Shown piece after piece: positions 12,245 through 24,520 of a DNA stretch of 64,000 nt; the stretch's first letter is position 1; each line of letters begins with the position of its first letter. The notes under the pieces are model-generated. The model searched no databases. It was not told the DNA's origin and worked only from the letters and a program-made list of their open reading frames with translations. Position numbers and translations under genes: made by a program. Source of the DNA: Raillietiella orientalis (taxonomy: Eukaryota); assembly GCA_036172245.1 (NCBI GenBank), contig JAYWIR010000017.1, forward strand, positions 992,001 through 1,056,000. Reading direction: 5' to 3'.

Positions 12245-15200
12245 CTGCAAGAACGGGCAGAAGGGGGGGTCGACACAGCGAAGAGGTAGGGTAGGCGGCG
12301 TCTCGTCCTCTCCCGAGCATCCCATCCTACCTCGAGCAGGGTGCGCGCTTTGCCCGCTCTTCCCCGAGAGGCTTTCCTGGAACGCGCGGGCAGGGGAGGC
12401 CCGCAGGAAGTCGGCCTGCGGGAGCCGAAGCCGAGACGCAGGAGGTCGGCAGGGCGCGTGGATGAGGGACTTCCCTTCGCCCACTGACTTCCATGGGATC
12501 CCCCTACTGCACGTCCAGGAAGCTTCCAGGACGCCTGCCCCCGCAAACCGCGCTCGCTCCCGCACGAAGAAACTCCGAACCAACGGTTTCCCGGAAGATG
12601 GAGGGATCCCTCGCGACCAAGAGAAAGGGACTTGAGGGTTGCTCAGGGAAATGCCTGCTCGCCCGACCATCCTAGTGAGAGGCCTTCCGAGAGGCCTTCT
12701 GCGGCGGGAAGGGGTTTCCAGGACGGTGGCTTGAGCGCGTGGCCAGCTAGGAGGCCTCCGCGCTTCCGAGACCGGGGGAACGCGTCCGCAGTGGTCGCAG
12801 AGGCGGACGGTAAGGGAGGGGAGAGATGGAGGCGCTGCTGTGCCTCAGGGATGGCGGGCAACTCACCAGGCGACCTTGAAGGGAAGGCTGCAGCGGGAAG
12901 AACAGGAAGAAAGAGGCGGCGACGGCCAGGAACGTTACTGCTCGAATCATCCTGGAAACGACACGAACGGGGACGCACCCAAAGCGAAACGGGAACTCGA
13001 CTGAAGCGCGGGTGGAGGAAGCTTCCCGCAGTCTGGCGTGCGCCCGGAAATTTGATGCCAGAAAGGACTCACTGCCCCTCTCCTCCACTCCCTCCCCTTC
13101 CTCCTCCTTCTCCACCGCCGCCACTGCCGTTGTTGCTGCGAGCGCGGTGCGCGAGCAGTCCCGCGCGTACGAAAGGGCGGAACAGCGGGTTGAGCGGAAG
13201 GGAGGGGGGGATCGAGAGACGATACGCCGCGTGCGCCTACTTCTCCGCTACGATCTCTTCGCGACGCACTTCCGCGGGCGTGGAGGTCACTCGAGGAGAG
13301 GTGGGCGGAGAGGGCGCGCGCCGGACCGCACACGAACGGCTGGGCTGCCGAAGAGGCTCGTGAAAGGACGCGCGTGAGCACCTCGAGGAGTGCGTCCTCC
13401 AGCGGTGCGGCCGCCGCCTTAAGCCACGCGGTCGAGAACGGGGGAGGGAAGGGAGACAACGCACATGACCCTTGACCTATCCTGCCTGTTTGTCCCGCTT
13501 CGTTCTCGAGGACTCCTCTGAGTCCCCTTTGGGTAAAACGCCTTAGTCTCTCCCTAAGGGGGGGATTTCCTTCAGACCCCCTAGGAGACATCGGTTTCCC
13601 CCACTTCGAGGGGGAAGTGAGATTTCAATCAGGGGGAGGCTCGTGGCAGCGACGGGCGCAGTGGTTCTGGAGGAGCTGCTCCCTTCCCTCTTTTCCTCAA
13701 GGATGGAATCCTGCTGGACTGTCTGTGGGATCACTCCGGGCAGCTGCAGAGACCCATCCCGAGATTCTCCCTTTCCGGACGTCTCCCGCTTATCCCCGGT
13801 ACAGAGGTGTCTCCCTTGCCCTAACTCGGCAGTGTGAGAGACTTCGCAGCTCAGAATGGAGGATGCAAGGACGGAGAGCACCAGCCCTCGCAGCCTCTAG
13901 GCCGAAGAGGCAGAGCGGGAAGAAAAAGGATTAGAATCGCCATGAGGCTCCACCCTCGTTGCGAGTTCCCTGCCTGCCTTTGGGAGATGGAGTGTCGGCG
14001 TAGGCTGCCAGACTTTGACCAGACTCCTGTGGGAATTCTTCGCTTCAGCCCAGATGCCTTTTCCCGGCTTCGTCCTTCACTCCGGACACCTTCTTCTCCT
14101 CCTGTTCCCCTCGCAGTAGCCACGGAGTCGTGTCCCGTCTTTCGAGGTGCTTCCAGCAATGTGCTCGTCATTCTTTCCTTGATCCAGCTGCTCCCCTCTC
14201 TGAGTACTTACTCAGAGAGGGGAAGCTTTGAGAGATTTTCTGACAGCCTTTGGAACTCCATTCCCGGAAAAGAAGGCTGTTTCCGTGCCTTTTGGGGGTA
14301 GGTAAGAGGAAGTAGACGAGGAAGGGAAGAAGAAGGAAGGAGGAGGAAAGTAAGGAGAAGGCTAGAGGAAGAAGAGGAAATTTCGGGAGGCAGAGAGATG
14401 ATGTGCAGGTCTTCTTCCCACCTCTTTCATTGAATTTTGTCCTTTCCCCTGAACAAGAAGCTCTATGTATTCCTGTTGCTCAAGGGAATCTTGAATCTGC
14501 ATCCTCCAATTCCCTCTGTACCCTCAGTAGCTTTTGTTTTCTCCGAAATTGAACTGGGATTTTCATTTTCCCTGGAAGTTCACAAGTGCGCCGTTGACCG
14601 ATATCCTCCTTCACGAACTCCTACTGTTCCCGGAATAGCGCTTTGCATTCACCAAAGATGCAATTTTCTGCCTCCCTTTCCTGCTGCTCCTGCGTGTGCG
14701 CTCGTCTGCTGGTCCCTCGACCCCATCCTGCGCTCAATCCCTGACCTGCCGTCCCTTGTTTTGCTTGCTGTAGAAGATTCGAAGTGATATTGAGCAGAGG
14801 AGTCTGAGTCATGCAGACTGGGAGACCGATCTACCCAGTTCTTCCTGAAGTCTTCTTTTGCTGGTGTTGCCAGTGGGAGGTTGACTTGTGTTTGTCTGCA
14901 GCCGACCCCTCATTTCTACGCCTACACTTCATGGAACATCTCCGGAGTCGTATTCTTCAGGAAGATTCTCGATCTTTAGGAGGAATTTCTCGTACTTCTT
15001 CGAAATTCCTCCCTTTCCTTTCTTGTTCTGCTCATTCAGTTGATCTCTGTGTGGCCCCACTTGAGACCTGCAGGTTTCACGCCATTGTCAAAGTCCGACT
15101 CCCTCAGTAAGCCGAACCAGAAGATGCACTTGGGCTCAGATACGCCTCTTGTCGGAACTTCAACTTCACGACCCAAACGAGCTGCGCCCCAAAAGGTTCC

Positions 15201-16903
15201 AATCCTGCGTGTGGAAGGTGTGTGGTGCCAGATGAGACCGAAGTATACCCTTCACCATTGAGTGTGACATGACGGTCTCATAATCAGAAGGCACCACGAT
15301 CCGGTCAGCGAAGTAAAAGGATTCACAGAAACAGAGGAAATTTTGGGTCTAGAGAGCAGGCGATCCAGGAAGTTTTGATCCGGCTCCAAACTTGAGCTAA
15401 GCCTCGCACTTCAGAAAGAAAATCATCATCCTCTTTTTTTGCTGCTGTTCCTTCGAAAAATCGGAGATGGTTTTCGAAGAGGCATGGAGAAGGAAGAGTT
15501 CGATTCCCCTGAAGAGTACAGGAAGAGGTCTGAGATTTAGTGGCAGGCTCACTAGGATCCTAAGATACATGAAACTCTGGAACTCGGGCCATCTAGCATA
15601 TATAGTGAGATGCGCACCCTGGTGTATTCCAATCTACGACGTAGCCATGCTGAACGTATAATTGGTGCGCCGTCTGAGTCATCAGGCAGGTGAAGCAGTT
15701 GGAAGAAATCTGCAAAGGAGGCAACGGCACAATAAGCAGTTTCCCATGTATCCGGGCAGTGCAGCAGTTTCTCCAGGAGGGAGTATACTAGAAGCAGTCA
15801 TGGAATGCTGAAAGCTTCATCAGAGTGAACATTGCATTGCTGATGACCGAGTGACCTGCTTCCATGTCAATGAAAGTTTCTTCTCATCGATCACGCACCA
15901 ATTTTGTGACGTTTTAGAATCTACGGGTTCCGTTATCAGACTATCCCAAAGTAAACTTTAAATTTACTGAAATGGCTCTTTGTATTCTAGGATGAAAGTG
16001 CATATCCTCTTAATATTTGCTTCTCAGAGACTCATTTCCAATAGATTTTGAAAGTTCAGAATACAGTTATATTTACATCAGCTGCAAAAAAATTTAATGC
16101 ACATTTACAATTTTTTGTCATCTACGTGTGTTGCTGAATCTGCTAAATCTGAAACGACTTGAAACCAACTCAAATTTGCAATTTATTCCCATTCCATCTT
16201 AAAGCAAATGATTTTTTTTAAAGCTCATATATATGAACCCGATTTCCATGCAATAAATAGTACAAATTCTCTAGCAGGATAAGAATATTTTTCACTTTTA
16301 GCATTTAGCTTAAGTGTCTTTTTGTGTGAAAAATGTTTTTAGTAACAAAATTGCCGAGGAACTTGAGTATTCATTGTTTATAGCAAAATCCTTTGATGTT
16401 TACATATTTTTAAATATATTATCAAATAATACCATCAGTTAGATAAGAATTTAGTCGTAGGGATTGTTCAGAGCATTAATTTGCTAATGAAAATTATTTT
16501 CATATCAAGTTTTTAAGTACTGCGGAGAAGTTTGGCCTAGATGTCTAGGTATCATGGGATTAATTACAAGATAGTAATTATGAATATCCTTCATCATTTT
16601 ATTATTTTTTATTTTTTTTCTGAATGATTCCTAATTAATAAAAATTGATCCCATTTTCTGGTGACTTCAATTATTATTAATTTTTTTGATTAGTATTTTT
16701 ATGAACTTTTGTGAACTTGGAAAACTTGGCAACTCTAAGCTGGGATTTGAATTTTGAACTTGTTTGCTTCACAACTGTGTTGTAGATGTACAATGTATAC
16801 TATGTCAGCAACTTTGTTTCATAGCCCCATTTGCAGTCGCCCAAAAAATTGGACGACGTATTAATGACAGAATGCAAGACTATATTTACCCCTGACTGGC
16901 AAA

Positions 16904-19485
16904 ATGCCTGTTGTAAGACGTTATGGAAAACAACGTGATAGCTTTACCGAATGGCAATATGCTTCAGATTCAGATAGCACATTTGATAAGCTTCAAAAAA
17001 GTTATCAAAGGTAATTTGTTTCCGCGACTGTATTGCATTATTTCATATTGTATTCATGCATTACATTATTATTCCATGTTTTGAACCTTCCATATTTGTA
17101 CTGTTGTGTACATTTAATTTGTATGATTATATAATTAATTGATTGAGAAGCATTATTCAGCACACGTATTATAGATGAGAAATGACCATATTTTAGGAAT
17201 CTTTCAACTCTTGGTAGTATAAATTCTGATAAAGCAACTTCCGAGGATTATAGTAACTCGAGTCAAGAGATACATAAGACTGTGGGTGTCTTATTTGCAT
17301 CATTGGATGGTGAGTCATTGAAGCTTTCTGAATATATATCTCATTTGATATGCTGCTTCTTAAGATGGAATTCAAAGTTCCAAAGATGTGAAACAGCGGG
17401 TTCGTAAAAAGTATCCTAATACTGCAATCACTTGTTGCATTAAAAAGCATGATGACCATGTAGTAACAACATTAGACGATGGTAAAATCACCAGCACGCC
17501 GCTAACCAAAATGAATGTGCCTCTCAGTAGGCAAGAAGAACTTCATTTTTCCCCCTTGACTGCCTGTGAAAAATTCTCAGATTGTGGACTTCTCCTCAGC
17601 CCTGAATTCACTCCTCCCTGGTTCCAATGTGTGGTTCAAACTGAGTGTGATGAATCAATAACATCTCACATACCCATTGTGAAAGCTGTTCATCAAGTTG
17701 GCTGCACATCACCTGAGATGTTTCTGTCATCAAAAGACTCTGCATCATTGTCTGAAATGAAAATCTCACATCAAGATTCTAGTGCTGGCAAGTTTGATCT
17801 CTTGAGATCTATGAAGGAATCCTGGAAGAACCATTCTAGAGATGATGAAGAGAAGTATCCATCAACTGAGTTGCTCCACCACAATGCAGATTTGACTGGT
17901 TCTGTATTGGAAATAAGAACAGTATCTCAGAAAAACATAGATGACAACCAGGATTTAGAAGCAATTTCCTGCCAAAGCAATTGTGATTTACCAGCACATC
18001 AATCTTCAGCAGATAAATTGTCCAAACATAATACTTCCAGAGAATCTGCAGAGAAGCTGTCAATGCTTCAAAAAGACTTTGAAGATACCCCACACAAAGT
18101 GAATTTACATCAATGGAAATGTGTGTATGCATTTGCTCTGGGTTGGTCAAAGAGTGTCTTGTGTCCAGGTTGTGTACGGCGGAGTTCCAGTGTAAAATTT
18201 CTCGTTCAGCCCCAAACTTCTGATAAATCTAAACCCAGAAGTTCACTACAGCTGGAAGAACAGATGCAAAAGTTGTCTATATCCAAGACTACTTTTTGGG
18301 AGTTACCCTTACCATTGCAGATTCTCCAATTATGCATTCAGGAGGATATTTTAGATTTCAGTAGTTGGCTGTATTCTAAGTAAGTACATCCTCATTTGTC
18401 CATATACATGATACATTTCAGAAATGTGAGCTCAGGTATCAAAGTGGGGGAGGGCGAGTTTGGTGAAGTTTTTTCCCTTTCACTGAATAAGGCTAAGGAT
18501 GCATGCATTCTGAAGATTGTACCCTTAGGCAGTGGAAATATGAAACAAGAAGAGATCCTTTCAGAAATGCTCATCTCAAAGTGAGTTCTTAAGGATATCA
18601 TTAGGATTACCTACATTTCTCAGGAGACTCAGCGAATTACGAATCTTTGGAGCTTGCTTTGTTCAGGTGCGAGGTTTCTACTGTGTTCAGGGCAAATATC
18701 CAGAACTCCTGTTACACCTGTGGGATGAGTTTGCAATGCAAAAAGGTAAACCAGCCTTCTGTAAATCCTATCTTTATGAAACAGAACTATTAGAGTCAGA
18801 GAATCAGCATCCAAGTGAGTTACCTGATGATCAGAAGTTTGTCATTCTTGAAATGAGGCATGCTGGTGACGAACTTGAGACCTATTCTCTTCACAATGCT
18901 GCTCAAGGTTGGGCGATTTTTCTGCAACTGGTCTGCTCACTGGCACTCGGAGAGTTTCATTTGCAATTTGAACATCGTGATCTCCACCTCAGCAATGTGT
19001 TGTTGCAACCCACTGATTGCCGCAGTCTTACATTTCAGTTGGGAGATCAACAAATCAAAGTGGAGACAGAAGGTATCATAGCAACAATCATTGATTTCAC
19101 CTTGTCGCATCTGACTGATGGTCAAGTAATTTTATTCAATGATGTCAGTGACAATCCTTGGCTCTTCACAGGGCAAGGGAACTATCAATTTGAAGTATAT
19201 CGGCAAATGAAGAAAGCCACAAAGTAGGTACAAGCATATCCAGTTCAGTTTCAATATTTGACTCTTAGCAATGATTGGGCCTCTTTTTGCCCATACACAA
19301 ATGTTCTCTGGCTTCATTATCTCCTTTTTCATTTGTGTGACCATTCTATATACCAGCTGAAGAAAAGCAAGCAGCATCAGAAGGGCATGGGGAAGCTGAA
19401 TGCTATAAAGGGGAACATATTGAAGTACCCTAATGCTATACATGTTTTGAATGCTTGTTTTAGGACTCAGAATCTGCTATATTAA
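16904..19485 (+). CDS. HASPIN: Haspin (histone H3T3) kinase. Exons 16904-17010, 17197-17309, 17365-18379, 18422-18580, 18624-18745, 18794-19223, 19269-19485.
   Basis: A long low-complexity N-terminus precedes KVGEGEFGEVF, ILKIVP, EILSEMLISK, VQGKYPELLLHLWDEF, FEHRDLHLSNVL, the haspin-specific IIDFTLS (replacing DFG), LFTGQGNYQFEVYRQM and W..FCPYTNVLWLHYL. Splice phases are consistent. Confidence 0.93.
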
Positions 19486-19486
19486 A

Positions 19487-20743
19487 ATGCTTTCGAAGTT
19501 CCGAGGTTGTTTACTGGGGGTACTGATTGGGGACTGTGTTGGTGCCCCATTTGAAGGGGACAATGGACCTATAAATGTTTCTGAAGTGCAGAAATACTTG
19601 ATCAATGTAATTGATGAAGGTGTGATAGTGCTTTCTTGCTGTTTAAGCTGTTTTCTACCTCGATTTCAGGACGTACACTGCCATACACAGATGATAGTGC
19701 TTTGACTTTTGCTGTTGCCAAATCCTTAATAGAGACTCTACAATTTGAGCCTACCAGCATGGCGCAAATGTAGGTTCAAGCCACCTAAATCTTGTGACCT
19801 TGTATAGGCTAGTCGAAGCTTACTTTGATGCACCTGAAAGAGGTTATGGACATAACATCGCAAATGTCTTCCATGCTCTTAAGAACTCGAGCTTTGCTGA
19901 TGTGTATACCCCAGCCAGCATGCAGTTTTCAGGGTCAGGATCACATGGGAATGGTGCTGCCATGAGAGTTGCACCTTTTTCTCTCTTTTATCATGATGAT
20001 AGAGAGCGTGGTTTGGAAATGGCTGAGAAACAGGCCCTGATCACACATTCTAATCCCATTGGATATGGGGGTGCAATGATTCAGGCATGTACAAAAAACA
20101 ATTACTTATGCCCTGTTCTTAGTTTGCTGCAATTTACTTAGCACTTCGATTGAGCCCAATTCATGAACTTAGTCCAACGTTAGATTTGAACCAGCATCAG
20201 AAAATCTTATATCTGGAACATCTTATGGATGTTGTACGCATAGTGGGCAGCCCTTTGTGGTGAGAGCATGCCCAGCATTAACTGTTTGTAAAATGATGTT
20301 CACTCCAGTCTACCGTTTGCCTGGAAATTAAACATTATTAAGTCACTGCTAGGAAAGCCACCGGATGCTTCAGAACAGAAAATTGTGATTAATGAACTGG
20401 GTAATGGAGTATCTGCTTTAGATTCGGTTCCCACTGCTGTGTATTGCTTTTTGCGTTCATTTGACCAACTTCCTGGATTGGAGGTTAGAGAATTTGTGTT
20501 GAATTGAAGTGTGAATCTTCCTTCCAGTGCCGAAATCCCTTCGAGAGAACATTACTTCTTGCCATTAGCTTAGGAGGAGACACAGATACAATCGCATCTA
20601 TGGCAGCAGCAATAGCAGGAGTCTATTATGGAGTAGAAATAATTTCTACTCAACTAATGGAAGTTTGCGAAGGATACGAAGAAATGTCTTCGCTAGCAAA
20701 TTCGCTTTTTGAGATTGCAGGATCACCAAACAACGCAATGTGA
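19487..20743 (+). CDS. ADPRS: ADP-ribosylhydrolase ARH3 (ADPRS/ADPRHL2). Exons 19487-19619, 19670-19769, 19808-20084, 20123-20259, 20309-20483, 20528-20743.
   Basis: Motifs are SKFRGCLLGVLIGDCVGAPFE, YTDDS, RGYG, GSGSHGNGAAMRVAP, ITHS, LGNGVSALDSVPTAVYCFLR and ISLGGDTDTIASMAAAIAG. One intron is GC-AG. Confidence 0.93.
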
Positions 20744-23700
20744 AACATGGTGCGAGCCCCATCAGAAATTGAATTTCCGTTTGGTGCATCGTCAGTATTT
20801 TCTCTTATGAATCTATTCCTGGCATGTTGCATGTAAATCAGATGTGCTAAGTTGCTCCATTAGACACTGTTAAACATACAGTCAATCGAAAGTTAATATT
20901 TAAGAGGAAAAATTATTTTTCAAAGAACTAGAGTTTAAAATTCTTCCTATCATCACAAATTTTGCAAGTAAAATTGTATTTTATTCATGTTTTCTGCATT
21001 TGCTGAGGGTCATAATTTCTCATATACGCCTAACTTATATGAAAACATGAAGGAATGTAGAGTTCACAAAAAATCATGTTCACTTTTTCAGTGGCATATT
21101 CCTATCTGGCTCACACTGAACTTAGAGAGCATAAATTCATTAAAAATCCATCCAATTGGCTTGGGATAAATGAGAATACAAAATATTCAGTATATCTCAT
21201 GTAAATTTCTATCATGAAATTTACCCACTTTGATCTTAGCCAAAAGACCGAGAAGCGATGAAATTTTCACCAGAAAATGATTGTACGAAAGTCTAATGGT
21301 GAAAAAGATCATTTTAGAATAACTGTATGTTAGAGAGTTTCTGTGACATTTCTAGGAGGCCAAGGGAAGTTCACGGTAGTATTCGTCCCTGATTATGAGT
21401 GTTTGGGAAAAGAATGTGGACTCTTGATAGATTGTTTTAGATGAAATGTTCCAAAACAGTGGCAATGCCGGTTGCGTAATATCAGCAGCGATAGAAGATA
21501 TTGAAAATCAATAGATGTGAATTTCACATCCTGGCGAATGAAAAGAGATTCTACGGCGTGAGCACCCACATATTGTAGAATTTTTCTTAGTCCAAGTTGC
21601 TGTAGTCATTCTTGGCTGGAACCAAACTTCTTGCTTACAGATGCTAAGATTGTGGAAGGTAATCTGCTTCTAAGCAGGGTATATCAAAGTGGAAAGTACT
21701 TTCCACATCGGTAACAATTCCTTGGATGTTCCTTTGTAGATTTCTTGTGCTTTCTGAAGCATCTGTGTATTGATGACAGTCATCCTTAATGATTTTCTGA
21801 AATATCGTAGATATCTCATAGACTAAGTAACAATTATAATTCCTTGTTATTGCAAATGAGCATATGATCAGCTAACAAGAGTTCACTCTTTCGATGAAAT
21901 CAAGACAGTTCTGGACCTGACACGCTTTAATCTTTGCAACTAGGCAATGAATAAATTAGTGCATGAAGCTTTTCTGTAAGCTAAAGGGTCCAGACTATAA
22001 TCTTGAATTCAGGCGATGATTCAAAGGAAACTTCATCGGGAATGAAATTGGATAAATTCATTAAGTGATTGGTTAGAAACCGGATTCAGAGATGCCGTTT
22101 GTGATCCGCTTGTCTTGTAGTGCTCTGGGTCATATTTTAGTGTTCGTAGTGTTTTATCTTAGGTGATTCTGAAGCCTTTCACTATAAAAATCATTGCAGT
22201 GTGATCCTCTCGGAATAACAAAACCTTTATGATGTCAGTAATATGAAGCAAGACGGGAAAAGCAAATGCAGTAAACAAATCTTAGCCGGGACTTAAAGCG
22301 ATCAGCAGATTACAGTGGAAGAGGAATTGTAGAGCATATCAAGCTTAATTTAGAATATTTTATACTAAGACCACCAGTGTAAACTCTTTTCTTATTTGCT
22401 ACTCTCGGAAAATTCTCTCCCAATGAAGCTTCGCTGTGTCCTAAAAAAATCTAAGATGCAATCATAAATCGAAATGATTTCAGGGGTGCAGGACAGTCAT
22501 CGCAAGCTTTTTCAATTGCAAACAGTGAAATAAACATCTCCAGGAGTGCATAAATGTAGACAGCAGTTTTTTCTGTGTGCTTATGAGATGCGACATCCCA
22601 GGAATTCGGCTGCCACCCTGTTCTTTTACTACAAGTCGAACTCGACTCATGTTTCTGAAATTAAATTACGACTGCTTTCTTGTTGGCATTGTCCCTTTTA
22701 CCAACAACCCACAGCCTAATAACATGTGGAAATAAAAGACTCGATATTCTGGAAGGAAGGCAAACGTTTCGAGGCCTGTTTTTAAACCTGTAAATGCCGC
22801 CGCTTTTAGCGAGCAGAGGAAAATATTCGAAGCTTAGGTACCTCACCTAAAGGGAAGTGAGTGACCTTTGTCAAAGATGGCGAACAATTCTGGAACACCT
22901 TCGAAAACACAAACATAAGAGCAAACATGATAATACAGACTATGAGCAGAGCTGGGTGCTAATTTGATTTGGTTCGAAGTGGGAGTTTTAAGATACGATA
23001 TTCATGCAAAACATATGTATACATGTATTGTAGTCACGTGCACATATGAGCACACGTGACTACAAGGACGAAAGGTCGCGCTTTCGATCTGCTATAGCCT
23101 AAGGTGTTTTACGAAACGCTTGAAGCAAGTCTTGAAAACACTAAAAGTGCCCTACATCCATAGAGAACTCAATGCTTTTTTCCACTGAGCAATCTATTCT
23201 CTATTTCATCGAGATGCAATCTGCTTCTTGATTCTCCGCAAGCAGCATACGAAGTGACGGGTCTTTCAGTTTTTTCACTTTGCAGGAGTGAAATTCACGC
23301 TACAGAGTGATGCTCTGTACTCTCGCTTGTTTTCTTTTTCTTAACACAGTTCGTTAATACCTTTTTGGAAAGAACCAGTGTTGCTAATATGTCATGACCG
23401 CTACACCAGGTCATATTACTCATTAGCAGCACGTGGGGTTTCGAAAAGTGTTAACTTATAGAAAAAGAACAATGGCAAATTCAGGAAAATAATGAACATA
23501 AACCAGACTTCAGGGCGGCAATATTTAGAGTAAGTTTTAGGATACCGATCGAGATCGAGATCCAAGTTCAATTGACCCGAAAGACCATATCCTGACTGGA
23601 ACAGCAATGACGGACTTTTTAAGAAAAACGAAGTCTTATCCGAACAAAGCTCTGATACGGTGTTCGGAAAGAATTATATGTAATTATGGCAGGACAACCA

Positions 23701-24493
23701 GAAGAAACAAAAAGTAGTACTTCTTGAAATCCCGCTTTTCGTACTTTAGGAATGCAGGAGTAGAACGGAAATTTCTCAAATCTGAGTAATCTCCCTCCAG
23801 ACCTATCCGGTTTCTAGGCAACAGTAGAAATTCTTGCTTCATTTCACCGAAAAACCTGAAAGGGTTTTGGCTGCATTTGGATGGAATGCAGCTCTTCAGA
23901 GTGAACCAGATCTCTACTCTCTTTGGAATATCAGTAGGAAATAGAGATTGATAAACAGGACTCCGGAATTTTCCGGGAAATATATCTTGAATAAGAAAGG
24001 TTCCTTTTTTTTCTCTCTCTCTCTCTCTACTCAAGAGGCAGAAATCATCCTGGAACGGTTCTTCAGGGAGATAGTGTTACTGTCGCAGAGTAGGTGACGT
24101 CAAAGCTATTTTATTCTTTTGAGAGGAGACTGCTATCTCTCAGAGAAAGATGGAAATTAGTTTACTGAGCAGTGAAGGTTTCCTTTCGTTCTCAAAGCAG
24201 TAGCGCTCTGTGCCAGTCAATGACACTCATGAATAACAGTGAAACCCCCTTCTATCCCGTAACGGTCATCCCTGTAGTAGTAGATGTTCATTCCTTCTCC
24301 AGAAAAGGAATCTCGAGAAGTGTGGTTATCCATCTCATTGCCCTGTGTCATCTGGTGAAAAACATGGATTTCCCTGCCGAGGCCCAAAACCAGTTTCTCT
24401 CCCGGGAGCAGATTCAGGTACTCGATCTGCACTGACACTTCCGTGCAGGGCAATCCAGGCTGAAAGAAAAGTTCAAAAGTTCTCTTGCCCTTC

Positions 24494-24520
24494 TGTGTGT
24501 GTGTGTGTGTGTGTGTGTGT
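24494..24520. repeat. (TG)n microsatellite
   Basis: Perfect TG run. Similar runs occur at about 43062-43089 (CT then TG) and 47746-47769. Confidence 0.9.

Noticed and set aside
15590..15660. C-type-lectin-like ending (DWNTPGCASHYIC) on the minus strand
   Set aside because: It is too short, is followed by a stop, and the rest of the domain was not found.
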